Origin: a virus
Taxonomy: Duplodnaviria > Caudoviricetes
DNA length: 64,000 nt
IMG/VR virus record: IMGVR_UViG_3300020576_007607
Location: 5,448-69,447 of that record
Strand: one strand, 5' to 3'
The notes beneath the pieces were generated by a model that was given only the letters and a program-made list of their open reading frames with translations, was not told the DNA's origin and ran no database searches. Below, one piece after another: positions 40,169 through 48,469 of this stretch. The position numbers were made by a program, and so were the translations under genes. Position 1 is the stretch's first letter. Every line of letters begins with the position of its first letter.

Positions 40169-40206
40169 AAAACATCTTCTATGCCTTAAACATAGAAGAT
40201 GTTTTT
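40168..40206 (+). terminator. intrinsic terminator
   Basis: AAAAACATCTTCTATG-CCTTAAA-CATAGAAGATGTTTTT. Confidence 0.8.
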
Positions 40207-40224
40207 CCATACATACATAACAGT

Positions 40225-40446
40225 ATGGTAGTTTGTCTTCATGATTTTAAAATAGAAAGCTTAGGATTTCATCACCTTTTCATAAAAGGACACAAATATG
40301 CCTTCAGATTGGAATATTTTGATTTCATCTGTGACGAGATGATAACCATTTACGTCAACAACATACCGATCACAACATCCACATTCAAGGAAAATTTCAT
40401 CCGTCTCGAGGACTGGAGACACCAACAGATAAACAAGGTAATATGA
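40225..40446 (+). CDS. hypothetical protein with tag RHQQINKVI
   Basis: Operon context. Confidence 0.6.
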   Translation: MVVCLHDFKIESLGFHHLFIKGHKYAFRLEYFDFICDEMITIYVNNIPITTSTFKENFIRLEDWRHQQINKVI

Positions 40447-40988
40447 AAGCAAAGGAAATGTTCGAGGGCGACATCAGACACTTAAAACTCCAAATGATAC
40501 TTGGTGAAACACCAAACCTCGAACCTGACATAAAACGGATCAAACGGGGTGATAATTGGATTCTCAACAAGCCTTACTGGAAATGGATCGAAAAGTGGAA
40601 GGGTGAATCTGTGATAACAGGATCACTTTCACTACACGCCTTCGGCCTTCTCGAAAGGACCCCGACAGATCTTGATTTTCTGGTCAGAAAAGTCCCAGAT
40701 GGGATTACCCTATATCAAAACATATATATAGGAATGGAGGCAGAGGTGGATCTGTTGGGTTATTTTCCCGACAGATCGGCAAACATGAACATCGATTTTT
40801 TCCAACTGAAAGAATCGGATCAGATAATCGAAAAAGACGGGTATCTTTTTCACCATCCCTACCAGATAATGGAATGCAAGATGAGGATCTCGGAAAAGAG
40901 GTGGAACGATTCAAAGGATTTTTGGGACATCCACAGCTGTCTTAAAAAATTAATTCCCAATTATCAAGATCCGTTTGCCAGAAAATAA
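40443..40988 (+). CDS. nucleotidyltransferase-like protein
   Basis: ITGSLSL..FGL.ER..TDLDF; K..D..D at the C-terminus. Confidence 0.7.
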   Translation: MKAKEMFEGDIRHLKLQMILGETPNLEPDIKRIKRGDNWILNKPYWKWIEKWKGESVITGSLSLHAFGLLERTPTDLDFLVRKVPDGITLYQNIYIGMEAEVDLLGYFPDRSANMNIDFFQLKESDQIIEKDGYLFHHPYQIMECKMRISEKRWNDSKDFWDIHSCLKKLIPNYQDPFARK

Positions 40989-41011
40989 TATATATGTAAA
41001 AATCGGAAGTC

Positions 41012-41386
41012 ATGTCTATAAAAAGATTCGAAATAAGCAAAGAGGAATATAAGAAATCCCATTTAACTAGGGCGGAATATCTAATCATCAGATATAAGGA
41101 CTATATCAGAAACTTGTCTTTCATGTCGGGACTTACTCCTGATGTCATTGAGTTGGCATTCGGAAAATCCGATTTCAAATATCAGGGGGAATACAATTGC
41201 GATTGTTGGGGTCTTCAGTTGGATGGAGTTAGATTTATGATTATATCAGCAGATGGTAGAGGAACCACTGTCGAAAGCGAAACTGGGAATGTCGATATCA
41301 TAAAAAAATTCTATAAAGAAATTTTGGACATTTTCCTTAAAATAGACAACCCGAAAATTGAAACTTTAAAGATTTTCCTAAAATAA
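41012..41386 (+). CDS. hypothetical protein with N-terminal tag (MSIKRFE)
   Basis: TAATATATA at 40986-40994. Confidence 0.65.
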   Translation: MSIKRFEISKEEYKKSHLTRAEYLIIRYKDYIRNLSFMSGLTPDVIELAFGKSDFKYQGEYNCDCWGLQLDGVRFMIISADGRGTTVESETGNVDIIKKFYKEILDIFLKIDNPKIETLKIFLK

Positions 41387-41516
41387 TATATATTTGCATC
41401 ATGAATCAGTTTCAAAAAATATCCAAATCGGCTCAGCCTTGAGCTTTCTTGTAGTTTCAGTCCGCAACTATCTGGACTATTCATATCCATTATGAACAAA
41501 AACAAAAACTACAAAA

Positions 41517-42203
41517 ATGAAACAAGAATCAATAATACTCGAAATAAGAGCCGGAGAAGGCGGAATCGACGCCAAACTCCTGGTCAAGGACCAACTCAAC
41601 ATCTATATCAAATCGGCCAAAACCCAAGGGTTCGAATTCAAGATAGCCGAAGAAAGGGAAGCCTTTTCCTCAATCTGACTAACTGGAAAAGGTGTCAGGA
41701 AATTCTATTCCAACGAATCGGGATGCCATCGTTGGATCAGAATCCCACCGACCGAGAGAAACGGAAGAACACAGACCTCGACCATCACCGTCGCCATCAT
41801 AGATCCGAACCAGGAATTCAAGGTCAGTTTCGACCGTAAGGATGTCGAAAGGAAATACATCCGAAGCGGCGGAAACGGGGGACAGAACGTGAATAAGGTA
41901 TCAAGCTGCGTCCAACTGTTCCACAATCCGACAGGAATCCAAATAAAGTGTCAGGATACCAGAGACCAAAAGAAAAACGAGGAAATCGCCTGGAAACGTC
42001 TTGAGGACAGAATCGCGGAAATCCAAAGGAAATCTTTCGACGAGTCCGTATACAACCAAAGGTTCGACCAAATCGGATACTCACAGAGATCCGACAAGAA
42101 AAGAACATACAGGATAAAGGAAGATATGGTGATAGATCATGAAACGGGAAAAACAACAACCTTCGGAAACATAACCAAAGGTAGAATAGAACTCCTCAAA
42201 TAA
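41517..42203 (+). CDS. RF1-like peptide chain release factor lacking domain 1, with in-frame UGA at codon 54 (41676-41678)
   Basis: [12 protein letters not shown] before the stop; [26 protein letters not shown] (PxT) and [12 protein letters not shown] after it, same frame. Confidence 0.88.
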
Positions 42204-42205
42204 TA

Positions 42206-42231
42206 AAAACCCTCTCGATTGAGAGGGTTTT
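42206..42231. terminator. bidirectional intrinsic terminator
   Basis: AAAACCCTCTC-GATT-GAGAGGGTTTT. Confidence 0.85.
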
Positions 42232-42664
42232 ATATTTTATGGACACCAGGTTCTTCCGATCCGTCGAATGTTCTTCCCAATTTCACCATACAAGGGAAAT
42301 TGCCGATCTCATGGGCCGATTTGACACCGGTAATCCATTTCTCTGGTATGTCACCAACGGTATAACAAACCCTTATTTTTGGATCATCTATACCGAGACT
42401 TTCGAACATCGAGACAAATTCCTGATGGATCTCATTTCCGATCAACCCGATTGTTTCGGGAGTGGCGACGCATCCGGGAACTATCCTGAAATCGATCGGA
42501 ACAATCAGATCCTTTTCGAATCTTGAATTCAGCCCGTCAATAAGGGATTTCAATTCCGATTTCAAATCCTTGGGAAGGATATTGGTTAGAGCGCAATGGG
42601 AAAGCCAGTGGAGTCTGTGACTCCTTGGAAAACATGGTTTGGCATAAAGGATTCCAACATCCAT
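42230..42664 (-). CDS. hypothetical protein
   Basis: Operon context. Confidence 0.6.
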   Translation of the reverse strand: MDVGILYAKPCFPRSHRLHWLSHCALTNILPKDLKSELKSLIDGLNSRFEKDLIVPIDFRIVPGCVATPETIGLIGNEIHQEFVSMFESLGIDDPKIRVCYTVGDIPEKWITGVKSAHEIGNFPCMVKLGRTFDGSEEPGVHKI

Positions 42665-42666
42665 AA

Positions 42667-42873
42667 CTACCTTACAAAATATTTGGACAGGACCATCTCC
42701 ATCGCGTTGTGGATGTTGGATTCCAACTCTTTCGCCCCATCCTCATCCAATTCAAGATTGAAGGGAAGTTCGACATTGCATGAAACAGACCTATCCCCAA
42801 TTTTTATATTATATACAGCATCAGGTGTCTGACACTCGGTTTCCATCGCTTCGAATTTCTTAATCCGCATCAT
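42667..42873 (-). CDS. small protein with N-terminal tag (MMRIKKFE)
   Basis: Operon context. Confidence 0.65.
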   Translation of the reverse strand: MMRIKKFEAMETECQTPDAVYNIKIGDRSVSCNVELPFNLELDEDGAKELESNIHNAMEMVLSKYFVR

Positions 42874-42874
42874 T

Positions 42875-43441
42875 TTAATAATTTTTTTTGACCCAATCGA
42901 TCAGCTTCAGAAGATTCTCGGTGTTGTTGGGATACTTGTCCAAAAGGGACTCGAGGAATTTAAGACGTCCTTCCTTATACATCTCGTTCCCATAAACCGA
43001 GTATTCCTCATGGATTCCCTGTTCCCATTTCAACAGCTGGTCGAAATCCCTCTCGACTATCCTCATATCAAACCTGTTGAAGGATTCGGAAAGAGGGGTT
43101 GACGACCGATGTGTCTTGGTGTCGAGTATCGCGTCCCGTATCTCAAGAATGTCTGGATTTTGCTTATCCTCACAGAGGTTAATCAGAAACTCGGCGCTTC
43201 TTTCTTCATTGTCCTGCCTTGTCGGTTCGTATACGATGTCATGGAAAAGGGCGGTCAGTATCAGTTTCTCGGCTTTCTCCACTCCGATATCACCCGATTC
43301 GAAAGATTCGTTGATCTGATCGATGATGTCGGTAAGATGGTCCAGGTTGTGGAAGCTTCTGTGGGACTCATTCCAAATGTCGAGAAGCATGTTGATGTCG
43401 GCCCTTATTCCGTATTTGTTGAGCAATTCCTGTGAGTACAT
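42875..43441 (-). CDS. HD-superfamily phosphohydrolase
   Basis: RSFHNLDHL, ALFHDIVY..NEERSA, ILDTKTH, D. Confidence 0.85.
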   Translation of the reverse strand: MYSQELLNKYGIRADINMLLDIWNESHRSFHNLDHLTDIIDQINESFESGDIGVEKAEKLILTALFHDIVYEPTRQDNEERSAEFLINLCEDKQNPDILEIRDAILDTKTHRSSTPLSESFNRFDMRIVERDFDQLLKWEQGIHEEYSVYGNEMYKEGRLKFLESLLDKYPNNTENLLKLIDWVKKNY

Positions 43442-43468
43442 ATGTCGTGTTTTATTTTGTAAAATTAG

Positions 43469-44578
43469 TTATTTTTCTCCGAATTCGGTTTTATCATAAG
43501 ACAAATAAAATTTGTCGAAGTCGAAATATTTATCATAGATATCCATAACGCCATCATACGTGACCTCCTTCAGAATGGTGTGAATGTTCCATTCGGGCGG
43601 GCTTATCCATCTCATCACGTTGGCGTATCTGTTTATCTTTTCCTTTTCCACCTTTATAAGAAGGGAATTCTTTATTGTATTGAATCTTTCCTTGGTCATG
43701 AATTTTTTCGGATTTCCCAAAACGAACCTAACCGCGTCGTAAACCTTCTCGACATTGTCCGAACTTGTCTTGGTCGATATCGAAACAACCCCTTGGTTGT
43801 TGTATCTGGTCTGCCCGCATCTTATCGAATAAACCAATCCTTTATTTTCCCTCACCTCAGTGTAAAGAGGAGAAGAAAGTCCTACCGAAAGCATAGATGA
43901 CAGGAAAGTTATGTAGTTGAAATCAGATTCGTATATGGGAGAAACCATTATGATTGAAGCCTTGTCTCCGAAATCGGATCTTTTTTCCAATGGAACGTCG
44001 TCAAACGGACCGAACTCATACTTCTTGTCGGATTTGAGATCCGAAAAGTCTATGTCCATCTTGAGTGGGGTTTTCGAAACGTTTATTATTTTGGTGGGGT
44101 TCCTGAACTGTTTCTCATAGAATTTCATGACATCCATGAACTTCAGGCCCTCCAAGTCCTTCCTGAGACCGATCGGATCGTAGTCCCGAAAAAGCTTTCT
44201 GGCCAGGTTGAGCTGATGGGAAGACTGTTGGTCGGCGAAATAACTGTTGTACTCCTGAAGAACGATATTCTTCTCATTCTCGAACTGTTCCTTGGTGATC
44301 TTGAAATCTGTTATTAGATCGACTAGTCCCTCCCTGTATTTATTCAGGTTCTTCTCAAGACCCGTGAAGTAGAAAACTATGTTTCCAGAAGAAGTATAAG
44401 CGTTCCAATCGATTCCATTACTTTCCAACTCATCCCTCAAATGTTCGAAATTCTTGCACTGAAGGTGTTCCATAAGATGACTGGTGCCATATGTACCAGG
44501 AGTTTCGATGTATGTCGATCCGTCGAAGACGATGTAGAAACCCGACATGTCCGTCATTGATTTAAGATTTACAATCAT
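43469..44578 (-). CDS. M16 (insulinase-type) zinc peptidase
   Basis: GTSHLMEH (HxxEH), NAYTS, EKNIVLQE, LYTEVRENKGLVY; TAATATATA at 44584-44592. Confidence 0.88.
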   Translation of the reverse strand: MIVNLKSMTDMSGFYIVFDGSTYIETPGTYGTSHLMEHLQCKNFEHLRDELESNGIDWNAYTSSGNIVFYFTGLEKNLNKYREGLVDLITDFKITKEQFENEKNIVLQEYNSYFADQQSSHQLNLARKLFRDYDPIGLRKDLEGLKFMDVMKFYEKQFRNPTKIINVSKTPLKMDIDFSDLKSDKKYEFGPFDDVPLEKRSDFGDKASIIMVSPIYESDFNYITFLSSMLSVGLSSPLYTEVRENKGLVYSIRCGQTRYNNQGVVSISTKTSSDNVEKVYDAVRFVLGNPKKFMTKERFNTIKNSLLIKVEKEKINRYANVMRWISPPEWNIHTILKEVTYDGVMDIYDKYFDFDKFYLSYDKTEFGEK

Positions 44579-44625
44579 GATGATATATATTAAATTTCAA
44601 TTCCGTAAGTTTAATATATAACCAT

Positions 44626-45090
44626 ATGAGACTAATAAAGTTATTTGAGGATTTCGAAAGACCATACAGGAAAATCGGTCCCAACTTTTCCGAAGATGAA
44701 ACCATGGATATCGGAAACACACTTATTTCGGTCCTTGACGATTTCTGTGAAAAAATGGCGGCAGGAAACCAAAATATCTCACACGATGAGATCTCGATAG
44801 TGGGTGATAGGGACTACTACAAAACCAGTGGTCCAAAAATACAATGGTTCGTATATACTCCCATGAACCTAACAATAGACATCTATACAACATCCAAGGT
44901 GGTTTTGGACGAGCTTTACAGTTTCCTTGACCAAAAATTCGTGAAAAGACTGAAAACCAAGTTTCACATCTTCACATTCAAAAAATACGAAAGACATTCC
45001 GACATTGACATAAGATCGATAAACGACCAAGGTCAGGTTATGCCGAATGTTTGGATTGGACAGATAGCCATAGTAATCGGAAAAAACTAA
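44626..45090 (+). CDS. N-tagged hypothetical protein (MRLIKLFEDF)
   Basis: TAATATATA at 44612-44620. Confidence 0.75.
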   Translation: MRLIKLFEDFERPYRKIGPNFSEDETMDIGNTLISVLDDFCEKMAAGNQNISHDEISIVGDRDYYKTSGPKIQWFVYTPMNLTIDIYTTSKVVLDELYSFLDQKFVKRLKTKFHIFTFKKYERHSDIDIRSINDQGQVMPNVWIGQIAIVIGKN

Positions 45091-45096
45091 ACAAAT

Positions 45097-45459
45097 ATGA
45101 GACACATAAGAACATTCAACGAGGGTAAAACGGAAGAGGAATCTTGGAACCAGATTTATGATTCGATATGGGAAATTATGGACGATTTCGGAATAAAAGA
45201 AGAACCAGAAGAAGAGGTTATAGACGGATTCGGCCATTACATAGATGATGTTGACTATCCGTTCTTCGAAATGAGTTATAATGCAGACGGATCGATAAGA
45301 GGTATCAACATCACCAATCTCCAATCAAAGCCAAAAGCACAGGAAATCCTGAAAAGACTTAAAGAGATAAAACACACATGTGAGATTAGATCAAAACTGA
45401 AACTAGAAATTTGGTATTCGATTTCCGACGAATCCATCTTCATAAGAAAAAAGAGATAG
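45097..45459 (+). CDS. N-tagged hypothetical protein (MRHIRTFNE)
   Basis: Operon context. Confidence 0.72.
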   Translation: MRHIRTFNEGKTEEESWNQIYDSIWEIMDDFGIKEEPEEEVIDGFGHYIDDVDYPFFEMSYNADGSIRGINITNLQSKPKAQEILKRLKEIKHTCEIRSKLKLEIWYSISDESIFIRKKR

Positions 45460-45460
45460 T

Positions 45461-45937
45461 ATGAAACACATAAGAACATTCAACGAGGACATAAATCTGT
45501 TTGAGACATTTTCCGAACCAACATACTACCTGAAAATTTTTGAAGAATTTAAAGACAGTGACTATTTCAAAGAATTAGACGATAATGAAAAGAAAAAATT
45601 TTTTAATTCTAGATCTGAATTTAGAAAAAAAAACGAATATCTTTTTAATCAAAAAGAATATGAAAAATTAGAAAATTTCTTTGAAGAAGAAAACATAAAA
45701 TGGGCATCATATAGAAAACTTGGATATGATAGATACAATCGCGTTGTATTTTATCACAATGACAATAAAGCAGTATGCATTAGTCCAATATCAGATGATT
45801 ATTTTATAGTTTATAGTGACCTAAATAGCGTGTTTAATACTTCCCAAGTGAGGAGAAATGATCCTCTATTTCGGAAGGTTTTCAAGTGTGACCAAATAGA
45901 TGGTCTGATCTATCTAATAAAAAAAATATTTCTATGA
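45461..45937 (+). CDS. N-tagged protein (MKHIRTFNE), DD.F...CDQ family
   Basis: SDDYFIVY...FKCDQIDGLIYL. Confidence 0.72.
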   Translation: MKHIRTFNEDINLFETFSEPTYYLKIFEEFKDSDYFKELDDNEKKKFFNSRSEFRKKNEYLFNQKEYEKLENFFEEENIKWASYRKLGYDRYNRVVFYHNDNKAVCISPISDDYFIVYSDLNSVFNTSQVRRNDPLFRKVFKCDQIDGLIYLIKKIFL

Positions 45938-45995
45938 AATACCTACAGTTTATAAAGGATATGTCTTTGAAAATCCAAAATAAATAAGATGAGGG

Positions 45996-46157
45996 TCACT
46001 CATTTTCTGACACGTATTTTCTCAGAAGAAATTCAATAAGCCTTGATTTCTTGTAGAATCTATTTTTTATAATCTCATCTATCTTCTTATTTAATTCAGG
46101 ATCGATGCTTATCGATAACTTAACTTTTTTTTGTTCTTCCGACATTCTGTTACTCAT
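45996..46157 (-). CDS. ribbon-helix-helix DNA-binding protein (53 aa)
   Basis: KVKLSISIDPELNKKID...KSRLIEFLL; translated by hand. Confidence 0.7.
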   Translation of the reverse strand: MSNRMSEEQKKVKLSISIDPELNKKIDEIIKNRFYKKSRLIEFLLRKYVSENE

Positions 46158-46243
46158 AAACTATTTTATTTTTTTTTCTAAAAAAGTTAGAAAAAAGTAT
46201 GATGAAAGTAGTATTTTTTTATATATAAAATAAAAAGATAAAT

Positions 46244-47029
46244 ATGGATTGGTATGTATACGGACATATAAGAGAAGATAAGGATCAATTTTTTTATATA
46301 GGGATCGGAACACAAAAAAACTTTGGAAGAGCATTCACAAAAAAAGGAAGAAATGAAATTTGGGAAAGAATAACAAATAAAACATCTTATAAAATTGAAA
46401 TTCTTTTTAATGAACTTACCGAAGAACAAGCGAAGGAAATAGAGAAGGAACTGATAAAAAAATATGGAAAAATAAAAGATGGTGGAACACTATCAAATAT
46501 AACGGATGGTGGTGATGGGACATCCGGACTAAAACACACCGACAAGACAAAATCTATAATAAAGGAAAAAAGAAAAAATCAAATTTTTAGTGAAGAAACT
46601 AAAAAAATGTGGTCACAGAACAGATTTGGAAATTCTTTTGCCAAAGGAAAAGAACACTCAAATGAACTAAAAGAAGAAAAGTCAAAAAGACAACGGGGTA
46701 AATTTGGGGGCATTATAGTAAGGAAAGATGTTGAAGGAAATGTTTTGGAATTTAAAAGCATCAAAGATGCTGGGGATTCAATAGGAGTATCATACAAAAG
46801 CATATGGCATGCTTGTGTGAACAGAAATGGTAAACTATTTTACGGATATTACTGGGAGTATAAGGATGGGGAGAGACAGAAAAAAAATAAAGAAACACCA
46901 ACAAAAGAATATCTACACAACGAATATATTGTTAATAAAAAATCAGGAGAAAAAATTGGACAGGAATTAAATTGCTCTGGGAATAAAATATATAGATTAT
47001 TAAAAAAATATAAAATCATAAATGATTAA
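46244..47029 (+). mobile_element. GIY-YIG homing endonuclease with NUMOD3/NUMOD1-like tail
   Basis: YVYGH...FYIGIG...GRA...E...NITDGGDG; HTDKTK; FKSIKDA. Confidence 0.85.
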
Positions 47030-47804
47030 ATATAATCTTTTTTTGAAAGAACACAAGTTCTGGGGAAAAACCAACCGAGAGTTTTTAGAATGGATGAAAA
47101 CTAAGAGTGATAGAACATTTGTATTCTTGGATTGTGAGTCGACCGGCTTACCATCGGATCCCTATGAAATCCAACTGACACAGGTCAGCTGTCTCGTAAC
47201 CGAATATGATTTCAGTTCCAACCGATTCGAGGAAATCGACTCCTACGACAAAAAGATCAAACTGACACCGGAAACCCTCGGCCTCATGAACGACCCGACG
47301 ACAAGAATTAAAAAGGTCCTATCATTCAACCACTACGGCAAAAAGGGAGTCGAATACCATCCCGAGGGAGAAGTCCTTGAGGACTTCTTCAAGATGATTT
47401 CCAAGTACCGGAATCCGATGCTGGTCATACAGAACGCCGAATTCGACATGAGATTCCTCAACACCAGAAACCCTATCGTCAGGTTCGAAAACGAGGTTCT
47501 GGACACCAAGCAGGTCGCCCAGCTTTTCTACCTTCCGACCTTACAGAAACTTTCGGAAACCGAAACATCAGCGGCCGAAATGATTAGGAAGATCGGAACA
47601 TCCGACAGGGACAACGGACTCATCAGCTCATCCCTGAGCAAGATCGGACCGGCTTTGGGAATAAACATGACCAACTATCACGATGCCCTTACCGATTGTC
47701 GTCTGGCAGTCCAGATGCTCGAAAGGATGATCGATTTCATCAAGGACCATCAGGATGTGGACATCAGGAAATACCAGGCGGAAAGAATAATGACTAAAAG
47801 ATGA
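47022..47804 (+). CDS. DEDDh 3'-5' exonuclease with N-terminal tag-like start
   Basis: FLDCESTG, QNAEFD, YHDALTD; start MIKYNLFLKE. Confidence 0.85.
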   Translation: MIKYNLFLKEHKFWGKTNREFLEWMKTKSDRTFVFLDCESTGLPSDPYEIQLTQVSCLVTEYDFSSNRFEEIDSYDKKIKLTPETLGLMNDPTTRIKKVLSFNHYGKKGVEYHPEGEVLEDFFKMISKYRNPMLVIQNAEFDMRFLNTRNPIVRFENEVLDTKQVAQLFYLPTLQKLSETETSAAEMIRKIGTSDRDNGLISSSLSKIGPALGINMTNYHDALTDCRLAVQMLERMIDFIKDHQDVDIRKYQAERIMTKR

Positions 47805-48358
47805 TGCGGATTCTGAAATACGAAAGATTCACGGAATCGGTCCTGTTAAGACTTTCCGACAACGTGGATTATGAAATGGTCTCAAAGATCGAATCCCTTG
47901 TGGATCCACCAACCAAAATATTGGAAATATCCTGTGGGAATGGGGCTGACTCGATTTACCTGAAAAAAAGGGGATATGATGTTACATGCACTGACAACAA
48001 TCTCGATTATGTCGAAAACGCCGAAAGAAATGGACTGAAATCAGTAATACACGATACTTCGGAACCTTTCCCGTTTGAGGATGAGTCTTTCGATCTGATA
48101 TATTCCAGACTGGGACTACATTATTTCACGGAAGAGGTTTTGGATCGAATATTTTCGGAACTGAAAAGGATGACTAAAAAATACCTTGTGTTTTCCGTCA
48201 AGACCCTAAACGACATACAGACGGGAAAGATAATCCTGACTCCGGACAAATGGAGGGAAATAGTCAAAAGGCATTTCGACGTCTTATCATTTGAAGAAAA
48301 ATCGGGCATGCTTTACGACAACCCAAGCCAGTGGATTGAAATAACAGCAGAAAAATAG
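47801..48358 (+). CDS. class I SAM-dependent methyltransferase with N-terminal tag
   Basis: ILEISCGNG, CTD, PFEDESFDLIYSRLGLHYF; start MMRILKYERFTE. Confidence 0.85.
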   Translation: MMRILKYERFTESVLLRLSDNVDYEMVSKIESLVDPPTKILEISCGNGADSIYLKKRGYDVTCTDNNLDYVENAERNGLKSVIHDTSEPFPFEDESFDLIYSRLGLHYFTEEVLDRIFSELKRMTKKYLVFSVKTLNDIQTGKIILTPDKWREIVKRHFDVLSFEEKSGMLYDNPSQWIEITAEK

Positions 48359-48469
48359 ATTTCATTCCAAATCCCATCCGCAGTCACTGTCGTTCATGTC
48401 CTTTCCAAAATTTTAGGTATATATTATTCTGTTTGAGAAAAAAATACTATTTTTGAGAAAAGATTGCAA

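Noticed and set aside
41492-41839. 115-aa ORF suggesting a programmed frameshift in the release factor
   Set aside because: Conserved RF motifs on both sides of the UGA are in one frame (41517 frame); this ORF is an off-frame shadow.
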